Assembly: GCA_028877265.1 (NCBI GenBank)
Contig: JAPPGX010000191.1
Location: forward strand, 66,144 to 130,143
Source: Acidobacteriota bacterium
Lineage (GTDB): Bacteria > Acidobacteriota > Vicinamibacteria > Marinacidobacterales > Marinacidobacteraceae
DNA length: 64,000 bases
Reading direction: 5' to 3'
Shown here: in pieces, positions 1 to 9,067 of the stretch
Layout: the number at the start of each line of letters is the position of its first letter
Numbering within the stretch: position 1 is the stretch's first letter
Translations under genes and position numbers: made by a program
Notes under the pieces: generated by a model
What the model saw: only the letters and a program-made list of their open reading frames with translations
Told to the model about the DNA's origin: nothing
The model's database searches: none

Positions 1-920
1 GGGACTGGGTCGGTAACTCTGCCGCCGCCGTTCGGATCCGCGGCGAAATCGCGACTGCCGCGCTCTCCGACGATCCCGTTCTCGTGGAAGCCGAAGACGG
101 AACCGGCCGACGGCTGGCCGCCGAGCTGATCCACCGGCTGAGCCCCGGCTCGACCCCGCGTTCGGCCGAGAACTTTCTCGCCATCGAGGCTGGCGGCAGG
201 CCGACGGAAGAGCTTGGTCCACACGTTGAAGCGGTGCTCGAAAACCCGCCCGGGAACGGAAAAGGGTCGAGGGTGCGGACCCTCTATCTGAGCGGGGCGG
301 AACGGAGCGCGATCGGACGATTTGCCTCCGGGACGGCGGGCGTCGGAGCGCCTCCCCGCTTCCGCCTCATCGCATCAACCGCGCCACCCTCCGCCGTCGG
401 CGGCAACGGGCAAACCAGGCGGCCGCCGGTCACCGCGGACCCGCCGACGATCGTCATCCGGATCCCGCCCCTGCGGGAGCGAAAGATGGACATCTCCGCG
501 CTGGCGCTCAGGTTCTTCGCCGATGCCTGCGACCACGCGGGGGTGGGGCCTTACGGAATCTCCAGCCGGATGATCGCGGCCTACCACGACTACGACTGGC
601 CGGGAAACGTGGTCGAACTCCGGTCAGTCATCGAAAGCGCCGTCTCGACGGCTGCGCTTGCCCACTTCCGGGGCCGGGTCCTGCCGGACTCGTTCTGTGC
701 GATCGCCTTCGATGGAGACCGAAGCGGCAGATCGCTGAAGGAGATGATCCGGGACATGGAAAGGAGCATCCTGGAGAGCACGCTCCACCGGGTCGGCGGC
801 AACCAGGCGCACGCGGCTCGGATACTCCGGCTCAACACGACCACCCTCCACGAAAAACTCAAACGCTACGGGATGTTGCGCGCATTTCGGCACCGGGACC
901 TACCGTCGCCTCGTCAATGA
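1..920 (+). CDS. Sigma-54-dependent transcriptional activator-like protein, 5'-partial (runs off window start). AAA+ core with degenerate Walker A/B, C-terminal Fis-type HTH
   Basis: The frame is open from position 3. The AAA+ segment reads VLVEAEDGTGRRLAAELIH, where canonical NtrC-family proteins have GESGTGKE. Conserved downstream blocks are present: IPPLRERKMDISALALRFF, YDWPGNVVELRSVIE, and the HTH GGNQAHAARILRLNTTTLHEKLKRYG. The GAFTGA loop and the Walker B DE are not recognisable. Confidence 0.6.
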   Translation, partial: DWVGNSAAAVRIRGEIATAALSDDPVLVEAEDGTGRRLAAELIHRLSPGSTPRSAENFLAIEAGGRPTEELGPHVEAVLENPPGNGKGSRVRTLYLSGAERSAIGRFASGTAGVGAPPRFRLIASTAPPSAVGGNGQTRRPPVTADPPTIVIRIPPLRERKMDISALALRFFADACDHAGVGPYGISSRMIAAYHDYDWPGNVVELRSVIESAVSTAALAHFRGRVLPDSFCAIAFDGDRSGRSLKEMIRDMERSILESTLHRVGGNQAHAARILRLNTTTLHEKLKRYGMLRAFRHRDLPSPRQ

Positions 921-978
921 AAAAGGTCGTGCTTCCCGTCCTGCTGCCGCCGGCGCCTGCCGATCGTGGACGGTCCGT

Positions 979-1419
979 TCAGGCCGCCTGACGGCGGAGC
1001 GCCCACCAGGTGACGATCGTCGAGGTGGCGAGGCTCAGCAGACCGCCGGTCAGGATGTCGATGGGAATGAGCGCCGCCGGCCAGTTGGCGATGGCGGCGA
1101 AGATGGGCACGCTGTAGGTGGCGTAGGCCGCGCAGCCCAGCACGAACGCGTTTTTCATCGCCCGCTGGAGGTTTCGCTCCCGGACTGCCGGTGCGATCGC
1201 CAGCTGGCTGTTCGCGAGCGAGATCAGCGCGAAGAACACCAGGAGGGCGACGATCTCGATGGCGCCCCAAGTGTCCATCGGCTTCCCGAAGCTCCAGTCG
1301 TTCCCGCTCGCCTCATGCAGACGCGCGTGCATCGCCACCGCCGGGGGCGACAGGCTCCAGGCCATGTCGATCACGGTGTAGACGACGAACGCGGAAAGGA
1401 AACGCGCGATCCTGCTCAT
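979..1419 (-). CDS. Hypothetical small integral membrane protein (about 146 aa, 4 predicted TM segments)
   Basis: ORF 979..1446 trimmed to the internal ATG at 1419, which is preceded by AGGAGG with 7-nt spacing. The sequence is hydrophobic (FLSAFVVYTVIDMAW, IVALLVFFALISL, VLGCAAYATYSVPIFAAIANW). It is the last gene of the minus-strand operon that begins with the TonB receptor. Confidence 0.5.
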   Translation of the reverse strand: MSRIARFLSAFVVYTVIDMAWSLSPPAVAMHARLHEASGNDWSFGKPMDTWGAIEIVALLVFFALISLANSQLAIAPAVRERNLQRAMKNAFVLGCAAYATYSVPIFAAIANWPAALIPIDILTGGLLSLATSTIVTWWALRRQAA

Positions 1420-1446
1420 GTCACAACCTCCTGACCCAGGCTGCAC

Positions 1447-3162
1447 TCACCCGCCGCGCTTGATGACCACCCCCGCCAGCGCCCCGATGGACCGGCCGTC
1501 CTCGATCGCGACCTGGCCGTTGACCAGCACCCAGGGCATCCCGACCACCGGACCGTCGGGGTCCATGATGGTCGCGTTGTCCTCCACCCGGTCGTAGTCA
1601 AAGGCGACGACGTCGGCCTTGCAGCCGACCCGCAGGCAGCCGCGGTCCGTCATGCCCACGATGGCGGCCGGCAGACTCGTCGAAGAGCGGACCATGAAGG
1701 GCAGGGTGATGAGCCCGCGGTCCCGCGTGTAGTGGGCGATCTTGCGGGTGTAGCTCCCCCAGAAGCGGGGATGCCGCCCCGGGGTCGCTTCAAGCGCGAT
1801 GCCGGCATCCGTCGAGGTCGCCGTGTAGTCCTGCGCCATGTACATCTCCACATCGAACCGGTCCCCGGCGATCGGCCGGATCAGCACCCCGTGGAGCAGT
1901 TCGTCGTTTCCGGTGCGGGCGAAGTCGATCAGCGTCTCGGCGACGCTCCTGCCGCTGTCCGCCGCCACTGTGGCCACCGTCTTCCCGATCAGCGAGGGAT
2001 CCTCCGGGAAAAGGACGACGATCAGCCGGTCGGCGCCTCCGAACAGGTCGATCTGCTGCTCGAGGTCCATCATCAACTCGGCGCGGATGGCTTCGTCGGC
2101 GAGGTTCGCCTCCAGGTTTGCAAGGCTCAGCAGCCCCGGCGTCCGCCGCCACTTCGGGTCGTCGAGTCCACCGGAACGGTCCGTCCCCGGGGGCGCGAAA
2201 CCCCACACGGGGATCACCCCGACCGGTCCGCCGCCGAAGGTCTCGAAGGGGTACTGATCCAGGAAGACCTGGACCCCCTGCGCCCGCGCGAGGTTGATCG
2301 CCTGCACGTCCTTCGCGGAGTGCCCCCAGCTCGAGGGTCCCTTGGCCTTGATGTGGGTCCCGACGACCCGGATGCCGGTCTCGCGGCCAATCCGGATGGT
2401 CTCGGCCATGCCGTCGGTCCCGGTCAGGGTCGGCCCGTCCACGATGCTCGGCACCTGCCAGCGCGGCATCGGCGACTGGCTGCGCTGGTGCGAGTAGTAG
2501 AACCCGTCGTAGTCCGCGACCACGTGGGCGAGCGCGATGATCTCCTCGGTCTCCGAGAAGCGGGCCGGGCGGTATTCCGGGCCCGCCCCGAGGCCCCAGG
2601 CGCCGTCCTCCATTCCTTCCCGGACCAGCTCGGCCATCCGGGCGACTTCCTCGTCGGTCGCCGGCCGCTCGTGGTCGTCGCCCATCACTTGGAGACGGAC
2701 GGTCGAGTGGCCCACGACGGGCACCACGTTGAGTCCCACTCCTTGGCTCTCGTAGGCGGCGATCTCGTCGCGGATCGGCCAGATCGGGTTCCGGCCGTCA
2801 GCGCCCATCACCACCGTGGTGATCCCCTGGGCGACCAGGTTCAGCGCCTTCCTCTCCTCCATGTCGTCGCCGACGAGCGACCGGTCGGCGTGGGAGTGGA
2901 GGTCCACCCAGCCCGGGGACACATGGAGTCCACTCACGTCGATGGTGCGGGCCGCCTCGTGTCCCTCCTGCCCGGCGAGGCGTCCCACCGCCACGACCTC
3001 GTCGCCCCGAATGCCGACGTCCGCCCGGATGGCGGGGTTGCCGCTCCCGTCGAACACCATTCCTCCGACGAGCAGCAGGTCATAGGCGGGCTGGGCGAAC
3101 CCAGGCGCCGCCAGGAGGCTCGCGACCGCCGCAAACAGCGCACTTCCGAGGACTTTCTTCAT
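1447..3162 (-). CDS. Secreted metal-dependent amidohydrolase, D-aminoacylase (N-acyl-D-amino-acid deacylase) family
   Basis: ATG at 3162 is preceded by GGAGGA. Signal peptide MKKVLGSALFAAVASLLAAPGFAQ. N-terminal DLLLVGGMVFDGSG...HVSPGWVDLHSHAD is the metal-binding HxH motif of the amidohydrolase superfamily. Length and C-terminal beta-sandwich region fit the D-aminoacylase family. Confidence 0.8.
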   Translation of the reverse strand: MKKVLGSALFAAVASLLAAPGFAQPAYDLLLVGGMVFDGSGNPAIRADVGIRGDEVVAVGRLAGQEGHEAARTIDVSGLHVSPGWVDLHSHADRSLVGDDMEERKALNLVAQGITTVVMGADGRNPIWPIRDEIAAYESQGVGLNVVPVVGHSTVRLQVMGDDHERPATDEEVARMAELVREGMEDGAWGLGAGPEYRPARFSETEEIIALAHVVADYDGFYYSHQRSQSPMPRWQVPSIVDGPTLTGTDGMAETIRIGRETGIRVVGTHIKAKGPSSWGHSAKDVQAINLARAQGVQVFLDQYPFETFGGGPVGVIPVWGFAPPGTDRSGGLDDPKWRRTPGLLSLANLEANLADEAIRAELMMDLEQQIDLFGGADRLIVVLFPEDPSLIGKTVATVAADSGRSVAETLIDFARTGNDELLHGVLIRPIAGDRFDVEMYMAQDYTATSTDAGIALEATPGRHPRFWGSYTRKIAHYTRDRGLITLPFMVRSSTSLPAAIVGMTDRGCLRVGCKADVVAFDYDRVEDNATIMDPDGPVVGMPWVLVNGQVAIEDGRSIGALAGVVIKRGG

Positions 3163-3213
3163 GGCATTCCTCCGCTGGGGTGGGCCGGCCATCGTACCGG
3201 AGGGGACAGGCTG

Positions 3214-4581
3214 CTAAGCCCTGGCCCGCCGTGCCCCAACCCCGAGCGCCAACCCGGAAGCCAGGATCAGGGTTATCGCGGCCGGGAATCCGGCCCGGGC
3301 CGCGTTGCCGGCAGGTGCCGCAGGCTCGAAGCGGGGCACCTGGTCCCACTTCACCGCATCGATCGGCGCGGTGGCGAAGAAGTGCGGGAAGAAGTGGTCC
3401 TTGAGGCGTTCGTGGAAGCGGCGCACCGCGTCCTGGTAGTCGAGTTGGGCCGCAAGGTCGGTCCCGGCGAGGCGATCCAGCGCGAGCTGGGTAGCGAGGG
3501 GCGGGGCGAACAGGGACCACCTGCGAGCCCACGCATCCCTCTCGCGCAGCACCTCGCGGTAGGCCCGGGAGGCGTCGCGGGCGGCCTGGTCTCCCCGGTG
3601 ATTCATGGCGTAATACCAGCCCCACGTGAACACGTCCTCGGGAACGGCTTGGCCGCTCCACTCGGGGTAGTCCCGGTAGAACGACTCCATCGTCGCGCTG
3701 GGCGGCAGGTCCCAGGCCTCGTGGTATCCCTGGCGCTGCTGCACCGTCAGCTCCAGCGCTTCCGGAACGGGGTGAAGAACCGCGTTGGCGAGACTCAGGG
3801 CCGCCGGAGCCAGGATCGTGAGGACGACCCAGGTGCCCGCGAGGATCATGGCGTTGGCGGTCGATGACCGGTTTCCCATCGCGACTCCGAGGCAGAGGGC
3901 GAACCAGAAGATCGTGTGCAGCGCGACGAGCGCGAACATCCAGCCGGCCCGGCCGTCGAGGTCGATGCCGGCCATCAGCGCCCCGGCGGCCATCACCACC
4001 GCGGCGACCGCGCCGACGAGAATCGCGCGGGATGCGAGCTTCGCGGCCAGGAGCCTCCGGCGGGGTGCGAACAGGCGGACCAGGTTCCAGGTGCCGCCCT
4101 CCCGTTCGCCCGAGATCAGGTCGTAGCTGACCGCGATGATGAAGAGCGGCAGCAGCGCGATGAGGAGGAATGCAAGGTCCAGATAGCCGGCGGCGGCAAG
4201 CCGCGGGTTCACGGTCTCGTGCTCGTAGAGCTGCCCTTCGAGGGCCAGGAGACGGATCCGGAGGCTCTCCGTTTCCACCGCGGCCCGGCCCCGTGCCAGG
4301 GCGGAAACCGGCAGCGGGGGCTGCGGGGCGGGAAAGGCCACGTAGTAGAGCACCTCTCCCGCGTCGGTGGTCGGCGGATAGACCGAGAGGAGAAAGTCCA
4401 ACTGGTCGTCGTAGGCGGTCTCGGCCGCCGCCAACGAAGACCGGGCGACTTCCGCGTTCCGCCCGGCGCGCCACGCGCCGTAGATTCCCAGGACGAGCAG
4501 AAGGATGATCGCGGCCGCGGTCCCGGCCGACCGGGTCAGCCGCCGGAGGTCGAGCGCCAGCAGCCGCGCCCAGGCTCTCAC
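3214..4581 (-). CDS. ABC-2-type transporter permease-like membrane protein (DUF3526-like), second of a tandem pair
   Basis: GTG start at 4581 overlaps the upstream TGA (GTGA). It has an N-terminal TM helix, a large predicted periplasmic region, then a polytopic domain with the ABC-2 signature ISGEREGGTWNLV. It is paralogous to the upstream gene. Confidence 0.6.
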   Translation of the reverse strand: MRAWARLLALDLRRLTRSAGTAAAIILLLVLGIYGAWRAGRNAEVARSSLAAAETAYDDQLDFLLSVYPPTTDAGEVLYYVAFPAPQPPLPVSALARGRAAVETESLRIRLLALEGQLYEHETVNPRLAAAGYLDLAFLLIALLPLFIIAVSYDLISGEREGGTWNLVRLFAPRRRLLAAKLASRAILVGAVAAVVMAAGALMAGIDLDGRAGWMFALVALHTIFWFALCLGVAMGNRSSTANAMILAGTWVVLTILAPAALSLANAVLHPVPEALELTVQQRQGYHEAWDLPPSATMESFYRDYPEWSGQAVPEDVFTWGWYYAMNHRGDQAARDASRAYREVLRERDAWARRWSLFAPPLATQLALDRLAGTDLAAQLDYQDAVRRFHERLKDHFFPHFFATAPIDAVKWDQVPRFEPAAPAGNAARAGFPAAITLILASGLALGVGARRARA

Positions 4582-6040
4582 GACGACCTCTCCGTTCCGA
4601 TCAGCGCCAGCCGTCTCCGCGCCAACCCGAGTCCGGTCAGCGGCAGGCCGATCCACAACCCGAGCGCGGCCAGGGAGACGGGACGGTCCGCCAGCGCTCC
4701 ACCGAGCGGCGGCGGCTCGGTCGCGAAGACGGGGAACTGCCCCCAGTGTTCGCGCGACAGCCGTTGCGCCCGGTCGTTCTCGTTCTGGATCTCGCGGATG
4801 TGGAGTTCGTTGAGACGCTGAATGATCGTGTAACGGTGCGCCTCGGCCTGGGCGAGGAACGCTTCCATCGCCTCCGGGCCGCTACCGGCGATGCCCATCG
4901 ACAGGTCCCGGGCCGCCAGGTACGGGGAGAGGAATCCCGACCATGCCATGACCCCGTTCTGGCGAAGATGACCCTTCACCAACTCCTGCCGGTGGTCCTC
5001 GAAGACCCGGCTGGTGAGTGCTTCCGATTCCCGGCTGAGCACCCCCCTCCAGTTCACCGGGAGGTCCTCGACGGCGCCGACCTGGTAGCGCTCCAGGTAC
5101 TCCTCCCGGAGCGCGTTGAAGAAGGGATCGTCCGGGCGGTGGCTATCCCCGACCTCGTTCAGCGCCTGCTCCACCTGAGCAGTGAGCTCGGCGCGCGAGG
5201 GAAGCGGATAGAGCGCTCCGGCGACGGAGGCCGCTACGCGGGGGGTGGCGACGCAGATCACCACCCACAGCGCGAGCAGTTGCGCGAGCGCGCTCCGCGA
5301 AGAGGTTCGGACGGCGGAAACGAGCACCGTGACGAGCACCCAGCCCGCGAGATAGATCCCGTAGATGCCGGCCAGGACGCCCAGCCGCGTGACGGAAGCG
5401 GGGCTGTCGAGCCCCGGCCCGGCCATGACGCCGACGGCCAGCGCGACCGGAAGCGTCGCCAGCGCCCCTACCGCTCCCGTGGCGAGAACCTTGCCCGCGA
5501 GGATCTGCGCCGGCGTCGCCCCCTGTGTCAGGAGGACGCCGAGCGTTCCCCCCTCTCGCTCGGCGCTGACCGCGGCGAAACCGGCGACAACCACCAGGAG
5601 CGGCAACAGGAGCGCGAGCACGCTCGCCGGGGTGAGGCGTCCGAAGCGCGTCATCCCGGTGGAATGACGCGCCTCGCCAAAGTTGGCCGTGTTCTGGCGA
5701 TGGCCTTCCAGGTAGATCGAGGTTCCCGCGTAATCGCTCACTCCGGGATCGACGAACTCGAGCGGCGCCTGTTCGCGAAAGACCAGGAACCCGTAGTGGA
5801 TGACCCGGTGCGGATGGCGTTCGGGCTGTTCCACCCACTGCCGATCGACCATCGCCTGGTAGCGGTCGCGCTGTTCGGTCGCGCCCGTGGCGTGATGCCG
5901 GGCGCCCACCACCGCGACCAGACCCAGGGCGATCACGAGCCCCAACAGGAACAGGACGGTGCCGTCCTGGCGAATCGCGCCCAACTGCCGTCGGGCGATG
6001 AGCAGGGTGTTGCGGAGGCCTTCCGGCGAGTTGCGCATCG
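4578..6040 (-). CDS. ABC-2-type transporter permease-like membrane protein (DUF3526-like), first of a tandem pair
   Basis: ATG at 6038 is preceded by AGAGAGG. It has an N-terminal TM helix and the ABC-2 motif VSAEREGGTLGVL within a multi-TM C-terminal half. No ABC ATPase gene is adjacent. Confidence 0.6.
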
Positions 6041-6248
6041 GTCCTCTCTTTCGGTCTGACGAGGGGGGAGCCGTGGTGTTGGTTACCGCCAGCCAAGTGG
6101 CGCGGAGTATTGCTCGCGCGGCCGCAGGGACAAAGGCGGTAGCGTCGTCCAACGGCCAGGCTCGCGCCGCCGGCCTGGAACGCCGGGTTCCCGAGCTACG
6201 AGGAATGGAGGCCGGCTGGCGCCGTCTCCCATCCCTCGTGCTCAAGGG

Positions 6249-6275
6249 GTCTCCGCAGAGCTATCGCTCTGCTTC
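6249..6275 (-). other. Stem-loop (GCAGAGC-TATC-GCTCTGC) in the 172-bp spacer between the TonB receptor and permease genes; possible attenuator or partial terminator
   Basis: A 7-bp perfect inverted repeat with a 4-nt loop lies immediately downstream of the receptor stop codon. There is no U-tract. Confidence 0.3.
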
Positions 6276-6417
6276 GGAAACAGCCGGCACAGCGACGCGC
6301 TGGTAGAGAACGATCCCGCAGATCGACACCGCGCCGCGCACTGCGCGGTCGCGCAGCACGCGGCTGGTCAGAAGTCGGCGTTCCAGGCGCTCCGTCACCG
6401 TCCGGCGTCGGCGAGCC

Positions 6418-8862
6418 CTAGTGGAACCGCAGCGCGTAGCTCAGCCGGAACCCGCGACCCATCTCGGGGGCCCGGTCCTTGATGTACGACGTGTGGTTGC
6501 GATAGAGCTCGTTCGTCAGGTTGTAGCCCGAGAACGACAGGATGTGGGACAGGTGCTGCCGCGGCCAGACGTACGAGCCGCGCACGTTGACGACGGCATA
6601 GCCGTCGGTTTCGGTCTCGCCGCGGAACCCGTCGGTCTGCCGTCCCGCAAACTCCACCTGCGGGCTCAGCGTGAACCCGCCGTAGAGGATGTCGAGTTTC
6701 ACCGAGCCTCGGAGCGGCGGAATCCGCGGCAGCGCTTCATCGTTCGCTGTCAGCCGCGCGTCCACGTAGCCGATCCCGAGGGTCAACCAGGTCCGTCCGA
6801 CGAGCCGGGCGCCGGCCTCGGCGTCGAATCCGGCGAAGCGGCTGTCGCCCTGCAGGATGTCGAACACCGGCAGGTTGTCGATGACCGCATCCCTGCGGCT
6901 GCCGAAGATGAAGTTGTCGATCTCGTACGTGAAGAAGTTCAGGTCGCCACGGGTGCGGACCCCCCGGTGCCGCAGGCTCACGTCCAGTCCGATGGTGGAC
7001 TCGGCGTCGAGGTCCGGGTTGCCGATGTCGAACGAGAACGTGCCGGCGTGGGCGCCGAAGTTGTACAGCTCCTCGATGGCCGGGGCGCGGTGGGAGCGCG
7101 TCAGGTTGGCCACCAGCGCGTTTCCGGCGCCGAGATCCGCGTGGACTCCGACCGACGCCGACAGACCCGCGAAGCTGCGGTCGCGCACGTCGGGCGCCTC
7201 GGGCCGAGGCTCTTCCTCCTCGTGCCCGTGCTCCTCGTGTCCATGCTCCTCGTGCCCATGTTCCTCGTGCCCGTGCTCCTCTTCGTGCCCGTGCTCCTCT
7301 TCGTGCCCGGCTCCACTGCTCCGCGCCGCCACGGCGTAGTCATCGCGGTCGATCCGGGCGCCGAACTGCACTCGAAACCGCCCGAAGGTCAGTTCTTCGT
7401 AGGCGAAGGCCGCGAAGGAGCTCAGGTCGGTCCGCGGCGCCAGCGCCTCGGCTCCGGCCGCCTCGAAGTCCCGCACCTGCGCCCAGGCGCCGAATCTCCC
7501 CGACAGACGCTCCGTCTGCCGCTGGTCCACGTCGGCCCGGAAGATGTAGACCTGGTTGTCGTAGCGCGTGCCCACGCGCTCCTGCCCGGCCTCGGTCTCC
7601 AGCTCGTCATGTCCCCAGTCCACGACGCTCAGGCTGAGCCGTCCTCCCTCGATGACGCTGTTGTCGAGGTCCCTCACCCCGAAGTCGAAGCGCCCGGCGC
7701 GACGCTGCCAGTCGAGTTCGATATCGGTCGTGCCATGCATTTCCTCCTCGTGCTCGCCTTCGTGCTCGTCATGATGTTCGTCTTCGTGTCCGCCGTGCTC
7801 GTCTCCGTGGTCATCGTGGTGCACGTGGAACTCGCCGACGATCGGAACTCCATAGCGGCCGTCGTTCACCGTCACGCCGGCGCTGGTGAAGAACCGTTCG
7901 CCGGTCCAGCCGAGCCCGGCCTGCGCATGGGTCGCCTCGGTCGCGGAATTCTCGACGACCCCCGCGGGCGTGTCGTAGTCCTCCGTCCGCCGCGTGCTGC
8001 CGGAGGCCCAGTAGTGGACTCCGTTCTGCTGTGCGTGCTGCACGCTGACGTTCCCGCCCGCCTGCGCGTTCGGACTCCCCACGTCGGCGCTCAACTGCGC
8101 CCGCGTGCCTTCCGTCGGCGACGCCCGGTAGCTCTCCTGGGGCGTGATCACGTTGACGAGCCCGCCGACCGCGTTGGAGCCGTATAGCAATGTCGCCGGC
8201 CCGCGGACGATCTCGACGCGTTCCACGCCGTTGGGGTCGATGGCGACGCCATGGTCGCCGGACTCGCTCGACAGGTCTCCGGTGCGGACGCCGTCCTCCA
8301 GGATCATGACCCGGTCGCCGTCGAAGCCGCGGATGATCGGCCGGTTCGCTCCGGGACCGAAGCCGCGCACCGCAATGCCGGGCTCGTTCCGCAGGGCGTC
8401 GGCGAGATTCGTGGCCGACTCCTTGGCGATATCGAACGAGTCCATGGTGGTGACCGCGTTGAATGCCTCGAGCGCGGTCTCGGTGCCGTCCACCGAGGCG
8501 GTCACTGTCACGTCCTCGCGAACGGGTGAGAGACTGAGTTCGAAGTCCACCGTCGCCGTCCCGCCCGGAAGGACGGTGACCGTCTGCCGTCCCGCGGTGA
8601 GGAGCTCGCGTTGCGCGAGGACGTCGTAGGAGCCGGCCGGCACGCCGGCGATCGCGAACCTTCCCTGTCCGTCGGTCAACGCGAATTTGCCCGTGCCCAC
8701 GAAGAGGACGACCGCGCCGTGAACGGGGCCGTACTCCTCAAGAGTCACGGTGCCGCGAACCGCGCCGGTCTCCTGCGCCGCCACCGGCGCAGTCCCGAAG
8801 GCCGCCAGCAGGCCGGCTGCCAGGAAACAAGTCAGAAAAGAAGTGAATTTGGATCGGTACAT
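6418..8862 (-). CDS. TonB-dependent outer membrane receptor with N-terminal carboxypeptidase-regulatory-like domain and two His/Glu-rich low-complexity insertions
   Basis: ATG at 8862 is preceded by GGGAGGA. It has a signal peptide, a CarbopepD-like segment (GAVRGTVT...GQGRFAIAGVPAGSYDV), a plug domain (NLADALRNEPGIAVRGFGPG...PIIRGFDGDRVMILEDGVR...GPATLLYGSNAVGGLVNVIT), and a C-terminal barrel ending in aromatic F/H. The His-rich tracts are HVHHDDHGDEHGGHEDEHHDEHEGEHEEEMHG and GHEEEHGHEEEHGHEEHGHEEHGHEEHGHEEEE. Confidence 0.85.
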   Translation of the reverse strand: MYRSKFTSFLTCFLAAGLLAAFGTAPVAAQETGAVRGTVTLEEYGPVHGAVVLFVGTGKFALTDGQGRFAIAGVPAGSYDVLAQRELLTAGRQTVTVLPGGTATVDFELSLSPVREDVTVTASVDGTETALEAFNAVTTMDSFDIAKESATNLADALRNEPGIAVRGFGPGANRPIIRGFDGDRVMILEDGVRTGDLSSESGDHGVAIDPNGVERVEIVRGPATLLYGSNAVGGLVNVITPQESYRASPTEGTRAQLSADVGSPNAQAGGNVSVQHAQQNGVHYWASGSTRRTEDYDTPAGVVENSATEATHAQAGLGWTGERFFTSAGVTVNDGRYGVPIVGEFHVHHDDHGDEHGGHEDEHHDEHEGEHEEEMHGTTDIELDWQRRAGRFDFGVRDLDNSVIEGGRLSLSVVDWGHDELETEAGQERVGTRYDNQVYIFRADVDQRQTERLSGRFGAWAQVRDFEAAGAEALAPRTDLSSFAAFAYEELTFGRFRVQFGARIDRDDYAVAARSSGAGHEEEHGHEEEHGHEEHGHEEHGHEEHGHEEEEPRPEAPDVRDRSFAGLSASVGVHADLGAGNALVANLTRSHRAPAIEELYNFGAHAGTFSFDIGNPDLDAESTIGLDVSLRHRGVRTRGDLNFFTYEIDNFIFGSRRDAVIDNLPVFDILQGDSRFAGFDAEAGARLVGRTWLTLGIGYVDARLTANDEALPRIPPLRGSVKLDILYGGFTLSPQVEFAGRQTDGFRGETETDGYAVVNVRGSYVWPRQHLSHILSFSGYNLTNELYRNHTSYIKDRAPEMGRGFRLSYALRFH
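7199..7320 (-). repeat. Tandem in-frame 15-bp (and 18-bp) nucleotide repeats encoding (H-E-E-H-G)n inside the TonB receptor gene
   Basis: The plus strand reads ctcgtgcccgtgctc ctcgtgtccatgctc ctcgtgcccatgttc ctcgtgcccgtgctc ctcttcgtgcccgtgctc ctcttcgtgcccggc. Units are multiples of 3 bp and code for a His/Glu-rich loop. Confidence 0.8.
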
Positions 8863-9067
8863 GGTTTGTCCTCCCGATTGCCTGCCCTCGGCAAGACGGT
8901 TCCGGCAGATGCCGTGCGTACCGCGGCGAACCTCGTTCTGAGGGCGTCCCGAACGGGGTCGGGGAACGCGGTGGCCGCGGGGGGACGCGCCCGGTCAGGC
9001 GACCGCTGGCGCGCGCCGGCCCGACGCCCGCCGCTTGGCGGCGGACGAGCACGGCGTGTTCTCGGAA

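Noticed and set aside
1732-3867. 711-aa ORF on the plus strand overlapping the D-aminoacylase and permease genes
   Set aside because: It is antisense to well-supported genes with clear family motifs. Its composition is Arg/Gly/Pro/Asp-rich, typical of out-of-frame high-GC ORFs, and it has no recognisable domains.
3080-4474. 464-aa minus-strand ORF (frame-shifted overlap of the ABC-2 permease gene)
   Set aside because: It uses an alternative frame of the same strand as the permease. It is Arg/Pro/Gly-rich low-complexity sequence, and the permease frame carries the EREGGT motif and TM helices.
4746-6059. 437-aa plus-strand ORF antisense to the first ABC-2 permease
   Set aside because: It is antisense in a high-GC region and has no motifs.
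6421-8187. 588-aa plus-strand ORF, and the 160-aa ORF 6857-7339 with a SSCPCSSCPC repeat, inside the TonB receptor gene
   Set aside because: They are antisense or mirror images of the receptor coding sequence. The Cys-Pro-Ser repeat is just the complement of the HEEHG-encoding tandem repeat.
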